A stretch of 64,000 nt of DNA from an uncultured bacterium (GCA_903908595.1 CAIVSN010000144.1:1167-65166), one strand, 5' to 3'; counted from the first letter of the stretch, positions 21,001 through 31,134 are shown. Notes: generated by a model from the letters alone, not told the origin. Numbers and translations: made by a program.

Positions 21001-21717
21001 ATGTTCATATCTGTTTTCGCGGTCGCCCTCGCCGTCCTCGCTTCCCTCGCCGGTTGGCTGCTCTCCCGGTCTCCCCTCTCCAAAAGATCCATCCAGATCC
21101 TCATCGGGCTGGGGGCCGGGATGATGACCAGCATATCGCTTACCGACGTGCTTCCCGAAGCAATCGAAGCGGGGGAATCCGCCGGGATCGTCTTTTTCGT
21201 AGGATTTTGCGTGGTATTCCTGTTGGACTATTTCCAATGCACCCACCCGCACGAAGGGCACGACGACGCACACCGGCACGAGCACTCCAAAAAATCCGTC
21301 TGGAATTTCGGGGGGCTGTACATCCATACGTTTTTCGACGGGGTCGCCATCATAAGCGCCTTTTGAATCGCTCCGGCCCTGGGAATCATGGTGACCACCG
21401 GGGTCATCCTCCACCAGATTCCCGTTTCGCTCTCGCTCGCGGCCATCGCCCAGCATTCGCATTTCGACAAACGGCAAAAACTCTGACTGTTCGCCATGTT
21501 CGCGGGCTCGCTCGGATTGGGATCACTGGCGCTCAGTATCTTTTCCCTCGGAAACCTCGCGCCGTACGTCCTGGCGTTCGCGGGAGGCACGCTGCTGTAT
21601 ATCGGGGCTTCCGACCTCTTGCCGGAGCTGAAACACCATTCCAAGAACGCGTTGGGGGTCGTAGGGTTTTTCGTCGGGGGGTGCATTCCTATCGTCAGCC
21701 ACCTCATCGGGGGGTAG
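21001..21717 (+). CDS. ZIP-family divalent metal transporter (ZupT-like)
   Basis: ORFs 21001-21366 and 21496-21717 joined through TGAs 21364-21366 and 21484-21486. His-rich loop HPHEGHDDAHRHEH, ...GVILHQIP..., LLYIGASDLLPEL. Stop TAG. Confidence 0.85.
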
Positions 21718-21847
21718 GAACCTCATCAAAACGCGAACTCCTTGTCGAATTCTCCGTTCCTCGCTCTACGTACTTGCCAGTACGTTTCGCTACGGTACTC
21801 GAATTCAACTTCGGATTTCATCGTTTTGATGAGGTTCTTGAAGTTTT
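21718..21847 (+). repeat. Copy 3 of the structured post-CDS element
   Basis: Arms GAACCTCATCAAAACG (21718-21733) / CGTTTTGATGAGGTTC (21832-21847). Middle stem GTCGAATTC/GAATTCAAC with a G-U pair. Apical CGTACT-TGCC-AGTACG. Starts at the base after the ZIP stop. Confidence 0.85.
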
Positions 21848-21850
21848 TCA

Positions 21851-21880
21851 AAAATAAAAATCCCATGGAATTCACGGGAT
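21851..21880 (-). terminator. Rho-independent terminator after rnc
   Basis: ATCCCGTG-AATTC-CATGGGAT followed by TTTTTATTTT on the minus strand, 7 nt after the rnc stop. Confidence 0.6.
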
Positions 21881-21886
21881 CTGTAT

Positions 21887-22618
21887 CTATTTTCCAAACC
21901 ACTCTTTCTTCCGCTCCAGCGCGTTCTCCGCCGCGGAAGACTGCGCCTTTTTCTTGCTGGATCCGGTGCCCTGTCCGATGAGGATATCCTTGAGGTACGC
22001 ACCGACCGTGTAGATTTTGTCATGGTCCGCGCCGGTTTCGGCAATCAGCTCGTAGTGCGGGGTCACGAAATGGGATGCCTGAATGATTTCCTGGAGGTTG
22101 GACTTCGGATCGATGTGGAGCTCGTCTTCCATGATGCCGGAAAGCGTGGAAATGATATGCGCATGTACGAATTTTCTGGCTTCCTCGATGCCGAGATCTA
22201 GGTAAATTGCCCCGAGGAGCGCTTCGAAGGTATTCGCGAGGATGTAGGGATTCTGGTTCCCGCCCGCCTGGGTTTCCCCTCGGGAAAGGAGGATGATATC
22301 CTGGAGCCCGAGCCGGAGCGCCACGTCCGCGAGGTTGCGGCCGCGGACCAGCGCGGAACGGACATCGGTCAATTGCCCCTCCTGGTACGTCGTGAACGCC
22401 TTGAAGAGGTATTCGGTCGTAATGAGCTCGAGCACGGCGTCGCCGAGATACTCGACCCGTTCGTTGCTCTCGGGAAGGCTGAGCTCGTTGAGCACGGAAC
22501 GGTGGAAAAACGCTATCGGATAGCTATGTAAATCGACGTATGGAATCTCAAGAGAAATCAGAAGAAGTTCTACTTTCTCTTCAAATGCCACCGAATCGAA
22601 ACGGTTGGAGCGCTTCAT
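21887..22618 (-). CDS. rnc: Ribonuclease III
   Basis: RNase III signature NERVEYLGDAVLELI; C-terminal dsRBD (..GSSKKKAQSSAAENAL). Confidence 0.9.
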   Translation of the reverse strand: MKRSNRFDSVAFEEKVELLLISLEIPYVDLHSYPIAFFHRSVLNELSLPESNERVEYLGDAVLELITTEYLFKAFTTYQEGQLTDVRSALVRGRNLADVALRLGLQDIILLSRGETQAGGNQNPYILANTFEALLGAIYLDLGIEEARKFVHAHIISTLSGIMEDELHIDPKSNLQEIIQASHFVTPHYELIAETGADHDKIYTVGAYLKDILIGQGTGSSKKKAQSSAAENALERKKEWFGK

Positions 22619-22627
22619 GTTCAGGGA

Positions 22628-23098
22628 TTAGAAAAATAATTTTTTTCGGGGGACGATCGTAGCCAAAACCGTGGATTTCTCGTCCTTGAGCTTGTTCAGG
22701 ACCCCGTTGATCATCTCGCGGGCCCCGTCGTCGGAAAACCGTTTCGCGAGCTCGACCGCCTCGTTGATGGAGACTTTTTCCGGAACCTGGTCGCACTTGA
22801 GGTACAGCATTTCGTAGGCCGCGATAAAAATCGGGAGGAGGTTGATGATCGGCATGATGTCCGCGTCGAATTTCGGTGCGTACAGCGCGACGATCTGCAG
22901 CAGGGTTCCTTCTTCCCTCTGGATTCCTTCGAAAGACTCGGAGTAATATGCGTCGGCAAACGCTTGGTCCACCGGGCTCGAATAGTAGCTCGAAGCGAAT
23001 TCCTTGGGATCGTACGAGTCGCCAAGCATGGATTTCGCATAGAGCGACTGGAGCAGGAACTCGCGGATTTCGCGTCGGGTAAGCTTTCGCATGGTCAA
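22628..23098 (-). CDS. nusB: Transcription antitermination factor NusB
   Basis: REIREFLLQSLYA...; NusB-like helical protein of 156 aa adjacent to rnc. Confidence 0.8.
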   Translation of the reverse strand: MTMRKLTRREIREFLLQSLYAKSMLGDSYDPKEFASSYYSSPVDQAFADAYYSESFEGIQREEGTLLQIVALYAPKFDADIMPIINLLPIFIAAYEMLYLKCDQVPEKVSINEAVELAKRFSDDGAREMINGVLNKLKDEKSTVLATIVPRKKLFF

Positions 23099-23130
23099 GG
23101 AAGAGGGTAAGGAACAATCGGCGCGTATTG

Positions 23131-23151
23131 AAAAAGCCAGCTTTCGCTGGC
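23131..23151 (-). terminator. Rho-independent terminator after the small basic protein gene
   Basis: GCCAGC-GAAA-GCTGGC followed by TTTTT on the minus strand. Confidence 0.7.
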
Positions 23152-23157
23152 CCTTGT

Positions 23158-23394
23158 CTACGCTCGAACGGTAGTGATCTTATCCGATTTGGACTTGGCC
23201 TTCTTGATGACCTGCCGACCTCGGTATTGCCCGGTGACCGGGGAAGCGAAGTGGGCGAGACCCGTAGCATTGCCGGCCTCGTCGTACTGGAGGACCACGG
23301 AATTTTTTACTTTGCGGACCTTTTCGAAGAGCCATTTGCCATGGCGTTGTCCAGTCTGTACCTTCGAGGCTTTTTTTGGAGGTGAAAAAGTCAT
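23158..23394 (-). CDS. Small basic hypothetical protein (78 aa)
   Basis: Complete ATG..TAG ORF, Lys/Arg-rich (MTFSPPKKASKVQTGQRHGKW..), followed by its own terminator. Family not recognised. Confidence 0.55.
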   Translation of the reverse strand: MTFSPPKKASKVQTGQRHGKWLFEKVRKVKNSVVLQYDEAGNATGLAHFASPVTGQYRGRQVIKKAKSKSDKITTVRA

Positions 23395-23470
23395 AATATT
23401 GTGAAAAGAATGGCGAAATGATAGAGAGAGTTACGTTTTTGTCAAAGTTTATTTCTGGGAAAAAGTGTCT

Positions 23471-23506
23471 GGTGGAAAAGCGGGGCATTTTTGGAACGCC
23501 CCGCTT
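23471..23506 (-). terminator. Rho-independent terminator after the pilin gene 23517-25334
   Basis: AAGCGGGGC-GTTCCAAAAAT-GCCCCGCTT followed by TTTCC on the minus strand, 10 nt after the TAA. Confidence 0.65.
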
Positions 23507-23516
23507 GGAACTGGAG

Positions 23517-25334
23517 TTATTTGTAGATGGTATAGCCGTAGCAGTAGCCGTCACTGACAGCGGAGGTAGAGTCTCAATATATGTTACTTTGAGTGGTACT
23601 ATTTAAATAACCGTATGTATCACCGCAATATCCATGAGAACAGAGGCTCTGATTTCCATTTGCCATAGTCGTGGTAACTCCGGAAAGCATCGACTGTACT
23701 CATTTACTATATACGTTCAAACCATTCACACGTAAGAATAATGAGCAAGCATAGCTATCCGAAGTTGTCGACCTGTAGATATTATAAATATACCCATTGG
23801 CCGTACCAGTAGACCAAGGGGAATTCTCAGTAATGGTCGTAGTGGGATGGGAAGACCCGTCGCTACTGTTCACATTTGGGCTTACTTGCTTTATCAAGCT
23901 GCAAGCGTACGTTGATTCAGAGGGGGTCTCATAGTGGATGGAATGATTCGGGCTGTATACTCAATATGTTGCGTGTATTCTCCATCTCCAAGAATTCGTG
24001 CCGTTTGCGGGATGTTGATACGAATCGGGATAAAACATCGTAGCGTGATTTTTCGCGGCTTCCACTTCGCACTGCGTTAACGTCATGACTCCAAGATTCT
24101 TGGTATAGGCATTGCGAATACACGACGGACAAGATCCGCCATTGGAAGACCACCCCGAAGTATCCGAAGCCAAGGAATTTCTCAAAGCACAGGCCGACCC
24201 ATCCCAAGCGTATCCCCAGCCAGTATTGCACTTGTACTGGCAGGTATTCGTCGCGGGACTCGCGAAATATCCCGCCGTCACCGCATTGAGCGAGGTTCCG
24301 CCGGACGCGCTCGACAGCGAGTAGCTCGACGTGGTATTGAAATATACTGAACCCGTTGGAAGTCCCGTACAGGCCCCGTCTACCAACGTGTTAGCCGTGC
24401 CGCCCCCTCCGCCCCCTCCCGCGCTTCCCCCCAATTGCGCGCTCACCAAACTCGTCCCGAACGACGCGAACGACCCGCTTGAGGTATTCATGAGCGTCGC
24501 GATGTTCTGGTTGCTTCTGATATCGGATCCGGAATACGCCGCCTGCAATGCCGCCACCATGGCGTTCAGGTCCGCCGCGCTCGCCGGCAATCCGCTCGGG
24601 TTCGAGGCCGTCTTCGCCCCGGAATGCACCACCGCCCCCGGAGGGAACGCGCTCGCCCCACGCAGGGCCTTCCCGTTGAACAGGAGCGAGCCCGAAAGCG
24701 AGCCTATGGGAGCGGAAGCCCCCGCAACGCTCCCGCTGTTCGTGAGGATGCCCGGGACGGCGAGGACGTACACCATGCCCCCCGTGCTCACCTTCGCGGT
24801 AAGCCCCCCGAAGTTCCCCCGGACGTAGGCCATGGAAGGGTTCCCGGCTTCGGCGTGGGCGGTGCCCGCGAGGAAGCCCGCGTCCGCGGCGTTCTGCGCC
24901 AGGTCGCCCTCGTACTCCGCCTTCAGCTGGTACGCTTTCCCTTCGGCGAGGGAAGAGTACCCGTACTCCGTGTTCTTCAGCGGGTCCAAGGGCTTCTCGT
25001 TGAGCCCCCCTCCGGCGATCGTCCCCTTGAAGTACTGCATGACGAGCGGTCAGACCGTCCCCTGGTTCCAGACGGTCCCACCCGAGTGCGTCACGGCGAA
25101 CGAGCCGTCCGGCAACGGATAGGAGCCCGATACGACCACGGAAAGGTCCAAAGACTTGGATGCCTGCGCGAGGTCGCCAATGCGGGCGGAGTCGCGGGCG
25201 CGCGACGAATAGCCCCCTATCGAGAGGAAGCCGATGGTGCCGAGGATGGCGAGGATAGTTATGACGACTATAAGCTCGACGAGGGTGAACCCTTTGAGTT
25301 TCCGGGATGCGGAAGGTGGTTTGGTGAAGAACAT
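23517..25334 (-). CDS. Type IV pilin-like protein with a large Cys-rich C-terminal domain (605 aa)
   Basis: MFFTKPPSASRKLKGFTLVELIVVITILAILGTIGFL. ORFs 25050-25505, 23961-25040 and 23700-23897 are in one frame, joined through TGAs 25050, 23961, 23700 and 23574. Stop TAA 23517-23519. The tail contains >15 Cys (CQYKCNTGWGYAWDGSAC...). Confidence 0.85.
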
Positions 25335-25567
25335 ACCGAATATGGTAAAAAAGTATCGTATCGACCAAAGTTTACTACATGTTATATGGAAAACAAAAGA
25401 AAATCGACAGTTTGACATTTCTACTTTGGATTGACAAGAAAATCGACAGTTTATTTTTGGGAAAATAGTGTCTGATGGAAAAGCGGTTCGGAAAACGTCG
25501 TTCAATTATCTGCTTCAAACTTATCCGAAGCATTTGCCGAACCACGAAGTTGTAACGGAACCCGATA

Positions 25568-25602
25568 TATGCCCAACGGGAATTGGTTTCCCGTTGGGCA
25601 TA
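25568..25602 (-). terminator. Perfect 14-bp hairpin after tail-collar-like gene A
   Basis: TATGCCCAACGGGA-(7 nt)-TCCCGTTGGGCATA, 25 nt after the TAG. No clear T-run. Confidence 0.45.
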
Positions 25603-25626
25603 TAAACCGTCTTCAATGTTCGCAAC

Positions 25627-26262
25627 CTAATTCTTCTGACAGTACAACAGCGCGATATACGGCTGCATGTTGTCCGGGGCGGTTCCAGCTCATACTATAG
25701 TGGCTATAGCAGCACCTGCCAATGATGTATCAATGGTACCTCAGATAGATCAGGATTTCATCGGGATCGATGGAGTGGCATCTGAATAAACCCTTACGGC
25801 ACCAGCATATGTCCCAAGAGAGGTACCCGTGGGATTAGTTCAAAAATTACCTCAACTTGACCCATTGAGGCTTAAATTGTTTACAGTAGTTATGCTGACT
25901 CAACCAAGCGATACCGTGACGTTCGCATCACTCAGGGATGGTTTGCTTTTGTCTCAACCCATATCCCCCACGCTCGCATTGCTGCCAGCACCATTCCCCC
26001 GTCCGATAACCGTCCTTCCGGCAGCGGCCGAATATTCGGTCCAGCCGCTTGGGCAGCTCGCGAGATTGAAGCTCATGACCGCACCGGTCGGAATTCCGCT
26101 CTGAACGGTGTTCACGAGCTGGTTCCATTTCTGATAGTCGAGCTTGTCGCCGCTCGATGCCGTGAGCCCGGCCCAGGCGTAGACTCCGGTAGCGGTGAGC
26201 GCGATGGTGGCGGCAAGGCTCAGCGCGTATTTGCCGGCCGTCTTCATGGTTTGGTTTTTCAT
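25627..26262 (-). CDS. Secreted phage-tail-collar-like (MdpB-like) protein, paralog A
   Basis: MKNQTMKTAGKYALSLAATIALTATGVYA signal. PTGAVMSFNLASCPSGWTEYSAAAGRTVIGRGNG. Seven TGAs (25954, 25900, 25852, 25840, 25750, 25741, 25690). Ends ...APDNMQPYIALLYCQKN*. Alternative start 26283. Confidence 0.65.
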
Positions 26263-26387
26263 ATGGGTAAATTGGTTTTTCATATGGGTAAAAGTGAAAA
26301 GATAAGTTGAGTCTTTGCGTCCGTACTTATACCAAATTCATTTGATTCACCTGGCCTGCGAGCAAGTGGAGTTAGATTAATATGGTA

Positions 26388-26578
26388 TTAGAGCGAACAA
26401 TCGTCCACCGAGCTTCCATCGGTCGTCCCGTTTCAAAGGACGCAAGCTTCGGAAGCTCCCGGAGACTGCGACCCGCCTCACGTCGTGATTTTCCCGCTGA
26501 GCTGGTTGGAAACGATGGCGGTGCCGAGACTTTGAATGGCTCGGGCTCCGGTCGCGGAAAGGAGGTCAGCAAGGCTAG
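26388..26578 (-). pseudogene. Relic 3' fragment of a pilin gene, duplicated together with the collar gene
   Basis: Reads ...SLADLLSATGARAIQSLGTAIVSNQLSGKITT[G]GSQSPGASEACVL[G]NGTTDGSSVDDCSL*. About 140 nt are near-identical to the 3' end of pilin 27214-28248. It has no N-terminal half and abuts the stop of collar gene B. Confidence 0.75.
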
Positions 26579-26582
26579 AAAA

Positions 26583-27167
26583 CTAATTCTTCTGACAGTA
26601 CAGCAGCGCGATATACGGCTGCATGTTGTCCGGGGCGGTTCCTCAGCCTGCAATGGACGTCGTCACTCAGCCAAGATTCACGGGAGCTACTGGTGGCGTT
26701 CCTGTTGGCAGATAAATTGCGGCTGACGTTGGACCCGCAACTGTGCTCGTAAGTCATAAGTTTCAAGATTGTACCATAATCGCTCCTCCTGTTGAAGACG
26801 TACCCACCGAAATATTCGTAGTTACCGTTGCGCTCGAGAGACTCGGAGCGCTCTTCTCCCCTCCGACGTCTCAAACACTTGCATTACTCCCCGCGCCGTT
26901 CCCCCGTCCGATAACCGTCCTTCCGGCAGCGGCCGTATATTCGGTCCATCCCGTCGGACAGCTCGCGAGATTGAATGCCGCGACTTCGCCCGGAATTCGA
27001 CCGCTCTGAACGGTATTCACGAGCTGGTTCCATTTCTGATAGTCGAGCTTGTCGCCGCTCGATGCGGTAAGCCCCGCCCAGGCGTATACTCCGGTAGCGG
27101 TGAGCGCAATAGTGGCGGCAAGGCTCAGCACGTATTTGCTGGCCGTATTCATGGTTTGGTTTTTCAT
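26583..27167 (-). CDS. Secreted phage-tail-collar-like protein, paralog B
   Basis: MKNQTMNTASKYVLSLAATIALTATGVYA... N-terminal ~95 aa and C-terminal ~20 aa nearly identical to paralog A, with a divergent middle. Five in-frame TGAs. Stop TAG 26583-26585. Confidence 0.65.
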
Positions 27168-27213
27168 ATGGGTAAAAGTGAAAAGATAGAAAAATGAATT
27201 TTAGCGTCCGTAC

Positions 27214-28248
27214 TTAGAGCGAACAATCGTCCACCGAGCTTCCATCGGTCGTCCCGTTTCAAAGGACGCAAGCTTCGGAAGCTCCCGGAGACTGCGACCC
27301 GCCTCACGTCGTGACTTTCCCGCTGAGCTGGTTGGAAACGATGGCGGTGCCGAGATTCTGTACCGCGGTCGTTCCGGTCGCGGAGAGGAGGCTTGCCACA
27401 TTGGAATTGGACGCGACGTCGGATCCGGCATAGGCGGACTTGAGCGCGGTTACCATGGCAGTGATCTGTCCGCTGGCGTCGCTTCCGGGAAGACCCGCGG
27501 TACTGGTGAAGACGACCCCGCTATTGGTTCGGGCGTTGGGATTGTAGGTACTGGCGTTCAGAAGGGGCTTACCGTTGAAGAGGAGGGTGCCGGAGAGGGC
27601 GTTGCTTTCGATCTTGAGGGCGTTGCCCGCCCCGGTCCCGCTGTTGGTAACGATGCTCGGGACGGCGAGGACGTAGGTGACGGATCCTGTGACGGTCCTG
27701 GCGGTGAGCCCTCCGTAGTTCCCACGGACATACGCGATCGTGGGGTTGCCGGCGTCGGCGGAGGCGGTCTGGACGAGTGGGTTTCCGGTTTGGTAGTAGG
27801 CGGTCGGATTCGGGAGGTCGTTCTCATATTCGGACTTGATCTGGTAGGCGTTGCCGAAGGCGAGAGTGGAATAGGTATATTCGGTATTCTTGAGCGGATC
27901 GAGGGGCTTTTCGTTGAGCCCACCCCCCGCTATCGTCCCCTTGAAGTATTGCATGACGTTCGTTCATACCGTTCATTGGTTCCAAACCGTTCCGCCGGAA
28001 TAGGTGACGGCGAAAGCGTTGTCCGGGATAGGATAGGCTCCGGCGGTGACGACGGAAAGGTCGAGAGATTTGGCCACTTGGGCGACGTCTCCTACCCTGG
28101 CGGAATCCCGGGCTTTGGAGGAATATCCGCCGATGGCGAGGAAGCCAATGGTTCCGAGGATCGCGAGAATGGTTATGACTACGACAAGCTCCACGAGGGT
28201 GAAGCCTTTGAACTTCCGAGAAACGGAAGATTTTTTGGAGTAGAACAT
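27214..28248 (-). CDS. Type IV pilin-like protein (344 aa, short C-terminus)
   Basis: MFYSKKSSVSRKFKGFTLVELVVVITILAILGTIGFL. WNQ[TGA]TV[TGA]TNVMQYFKG matches WNQGTVGSLVMQYFKG of the paralog near 59 kb. TGAs at 27973, 27964, 27304 and 27259. Stop TAA 27214-27216. Confidence 0.85.
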
Positions 28249-28282
28249 ACCGGATGTGGTAAAAGAATATCGTATCGCCCAA

Positions 28283-28311
28283 AGTATATTGCAAGTTTAC
28301 ACGAAAATCAA
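28283..28311 (-). promoter_or_regulatory. Putative promoter of pilin 27214-28248
   Basis: Minus-strand TTGATT - 17 nt - TATACT. The -35 hexamer is fused to the T13 tract. Confidence 0.45.
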
Positions 28312-28322
28312 AAAAAAAAAAA
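28310..28322 (-). repeat. Homopolymeric T13 tract (A13 on the plus strand) at the -35 edge of a pilin promoter
   Basis: 13 consecutive A at 28310-28322, read directly. Confidence 0.9.
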
Positions 28323-28560
28323 TGTCGGAAAACCGTATGAAAGAGGGCGTATTCCGGCAATCACGCTCAAAAAATTCAACCTGAGGAAAACAGCGATTCG
28401 TCCCTCCCCAATACCTATCTAACTAACGGGTAAATCGGTTTGCCTGCCGTTCATGGAGCGCAATCAAAACAGCCGAAGACAACATGGGAGCTCTTTCAGA
28501 GGGGAATGGTACAGACTTCAATAAGCCAGAAATGGGTTTCAGTGAATATTTTTCGCATCC

Positions 28561-28590
28561 AAAAAAAATCCCCGGAACTCTCTCCGGGGA
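28561..28590 (-). terminator. Rho-independent terminator after rnj
   Basis: TCCCCGGA-GAGAGT-TCCGGGGA followed by T8 on the minus strand, 5 nt after the TAA. Confidence 0.8.
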
Positions 28591-28595
28591 AAATA

Positions 28596-30602
28596 TTAAT
28601 GCACCAGCACCATCACTATCGGTTCCTTCCCGATCTCCTCGAAAACGAAATCCTGGATTTTCTTCCCAGCATAGCTTCGGAAATCGTCCACCCCGGAAAA
28701 CCGTTGAATTTCATTTTTCAGGGTCGTATCGAGAAAGTCGTAAATCCGGTCCTCCAATCCAGGGAAATTCCCCAGTCCGGGCATTCCCGCGAGATCGAGC
28801 TTGAAGAGGTATTCTCCCGGCTTCTTCGCGATGGAAACCGCGATGGTTCCGTTTTGTCGGAGCTGTTCCCGGTCGTGGATTTCCTTTTCGGTCGTCATTC
28901 CGACGGTATATCCGTCGGTCGTGATGAGCCGATGGGAAACGAACATGTCCGTAATCCGGAAGTCGTCTTTCGTGAATTCGATGATCTGGCCGTTTTTCGA
29001 AATGATGACGCGGTCCTTGGTGTATCCCACCTCATACGCGTTCTTGGCGTTCCCGTAGATCATGTGCGGATATCCGTAGACCGGCATGTAAACCTCGGGC
29101 CGGATGAGGGAAATCATCCTTTTGGTATCTTCCGCCCGGGCGTGTCCCCCGGCGTGGATTTCGGATTCCTTGTATTGGTAGATCCGGGGCCCCTGGGCCA
29201 TGATGATATCGAAGAGCCCTTGGACGTTCCGTTCGTTCCCCGGAATGACCGAACTGGAGAATACCACCGTGTCCGACGGGCGGAGCGCGGTATCCTTGGA
29301 TTCCCCGGTCGCGATCCGCATGAGCGCGGCGTAGCGTTCCCCCTGAGCTCCGGTACAGCAGATGGTCACCTTGTTATCGGGAAGCCGGTTCGCCTCCTCC
29401 ATGGAAATGATCGTTCCCGGTTTCGGCTTGGCGTAACCGAGCTTGAAGGCGATGTCCATATAGTTGTTCATCCCCCGTCCGAGCAGCACGATCTTTCGGT
29501 CGAATTTTTCGGCAGTCGCGATGATGAGCATGACCCGGTCGATAATCGAACTGAACGTCGCGGTAATGATGCGGTTTTCGGATTTTTTGAAAATTTCCTC
29601 GATGGAACCGATGACTTCGGATTCGGAAATGCTGGATCCAGGAAGGTGTGCGTTGGTCGAGTCGGACAAGAGGGCCCGGACTCCCCGGTTCCCGATGCTT
29701 TCGAGGAGGCTAAAATCGGTACTCGGGCGGTACGGCAACGGATTCGTGTCGAATTTCCAGTCCCCGGTATGGACGAAGCGTCCCACGGGAGTCTCGATGA
29801 GGAGGCCCACGGAGTCCGGAATGGAGTGGTCCACCGTGAACGGCATGATCTGGAAATGCGTTCCGAGGGAAAATGTCGCGTTCCGGGTAATCCGTTCGAG
29901 ATTGCTCATCGGTTCGCCGTTTTCCCCCTGCTTCATCGCGATGAGCTCGAAGGCCATGGAGGTCGCGTACGTCGGGATGTTGCGCCCGAGCTGCTTGACC
30001 GCGAAAGGAACCGCGCCGATATGGTCGATATGCCCGTGGGTGATGACGACTCCGACGACGTTCTTGCCCTTGAGGTACGCGAGATCGGGAATGCTTCCGT
30101 TAATTCCGTGCTGGTACTGGTCAGCGAATTGGATTCCCATGTCGATGATGAGGATTTCGCCGTCGTACTCGAACGCGGTACAGTTGAGCCCTACCTGCTC
30201 GACCCCCCCGAGCGGGATGATGCGGAGCACGCCCTTCGGCGTAGGGGTGGGCTTGAGTTCCTCGTATCCGAGAAACGACTTGAGCGCCATTTGCGGGGTA
30301 ACGAACGGAAACGACCGCTTGTTGCGGAATTTTGGGATGCTGACGAAGCTGGAACCGGGCTCCACCTTCTTGCCTCCGACTTCGGAACGCCGATCGGAAC
30401 GGGCATAGTAGCCATCCTTTTTGGAAACGCCCGGAGAGGCGGAACGGGGGGCGGGGCGGGAGGCGGGGCGAGGATCCGCATGGGGGGATTTCGCTTTCGG
30501 TGCCGGTCGTGATGGCAGTCTGGCATCGGAACCGGTTGCCGGTTTCGGTGCGGGAGTAGGAAACGTCTCGTCTGGAGTCAAGTCCAATGAATCTTGGGTC
30601 AT
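28596..30602 (-). CDS. rnj: Ribonuclease J (metallo-beta-lactamase/beta-CASP) with a ~100-aa Pro/Ala/Ser/Lys-rich N-terminal extension
   Basis: HxHxDH motif VVITHGHIDHIGAVPF; beta-CASP-like middle; 668 aa. Confidence 0.9.
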   Translation of the reverse strand: MTQDSLDLTPDETFPTPAPKPATGSDARLPSRPAPKAKSPHADPRPASRPAPRSASPGVSKKDGYYARSDRRSEVGGKKVEPGSSFVSIPKFRNKRSFPFVTPQMALKSFLGYEELKPTPTPKGVLRIIPLGGVEQVGLNCTAFEYDGEILIIDMGIQFADQYQHGINGSIPDLAYLKGKNVVGVVITHGHIDHIGAVPFAVKQLGRNIPTYATSMAFELIAMKQGENGEPMSNLERITRNATFSLGTHFQIMPFTVDHSIPDSVGLLIETPVGRFVHTGDWKFDTNPLPYRPSTDFSLLESIGNRGVRALLSDSTNAHLPGSSISESEVIGSIEEIFKKSENRIITATFSSIIDRVMLIIATAEKFDRKIVLLGRGMNNYMDIAFKLGYAKPKPGTIISMEEANRLPDNKVTICCTGAQGERYAALMRIATGESKDTALRPSDTVVFSSSVIPGNERNVQGLFDIIMAQGPRIYQYKESEIHAGGHARAEDTKRMISLIRPEVYMPVYGYPHMIYGNAKNAYEVGYTKDRVIISKNGQIIEFTKDDFRITDMFVSHRLITTDGYTVGMTTEKEIHDREQLRQNGTIAVSIAKKPGEYLFKLDLAGMPGLGNFPGLEDRIYDFLDTTLKNEIQRFSGVDDFRSYAGKKIQDFVFEEIGKEPIVMVLVH

Positions 30603-30627
30603 ATTGGTATGGGTGAAAATAAAATTT

Positions 30628-31134
30628 TTATAAAGTATGTATGAGAACGATTACGCAGGGAATCCTTCAGAGGATTTCCTTGAGCAATTTTTCGATATCC
30701 TGCTTGAGCAATCGGTTCAGGTCCTTGATTTCGATATCCGGAATGTCCTGGATGGCAATCTCGTAGAATTCCCGGGAAGCGCTCACGATCTGGGAATGGA
30801 GCATTTTCCCATTCTGGGGAAGCATGAGCCCGCGGCTTTCGAGGTGGACCCCGGAAAGCAGCGCCCGCGAATCCGTATCGCAAAGGTACGTGACGACCAA
30901 AACCCCCTGTTCCTGCATCAGGGCGCGGAGTTCCGCGACATGGGGCGGAAGCTTCGGGTGTCCCCCTCCGGGATTTTTTCCGGGTCAGCGGGGATTGCGG
31001 TGATTCGGCTTCTTCTGGAAGCCAGGATGCCCTCCGGAAGGGTGCGGGGGGCGTGGCGTAACGTCACCGAAAACGTCCGAATATTCGGAACCGGGGTTGG
31101 GAGTATGACCGTATCAGGGCCTGTGGGTATTCAT
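30628..31134 (-). CDS. Hypothetical protein with a Pro/Gly/His-rich N-terminus and a folded ~85-aa C-terminal domain
   Basis: ORF 30667-30918 ends in TGA, so under code 25 it runs to TAA 30628-30630. The upstream frame stays open through TGAs 30985 and 31114 to ATG 31132-31134. The alternative start at ATG 30916-30918 is equally possible. Confidence 0.4.

Noticed and set aside
23458-25495. The shared string GGGAAAA(A/T)AGTGTCTG(G/A)TGGAAAAGCGG at ~23458 and ~25460 as a regulatory motif.
   Set aside because: There are only two copies, one degenerate. It is most simply a remnant of the duplicated pilin 3' flank/terminator, so it is not reported as a site.
25560-27360. A CRISPR-like or DGR-like origin for the repeated segments around the collar genes.
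   Set aside because: The repeats are ~140-600 nt gene-sized duplications, not 25-40 nt direct repeats with spacers. There is no reverse transcriptase or template/variable repeat pair with adenine-specific differences. The central divergence is wholesale rather than point-wise.
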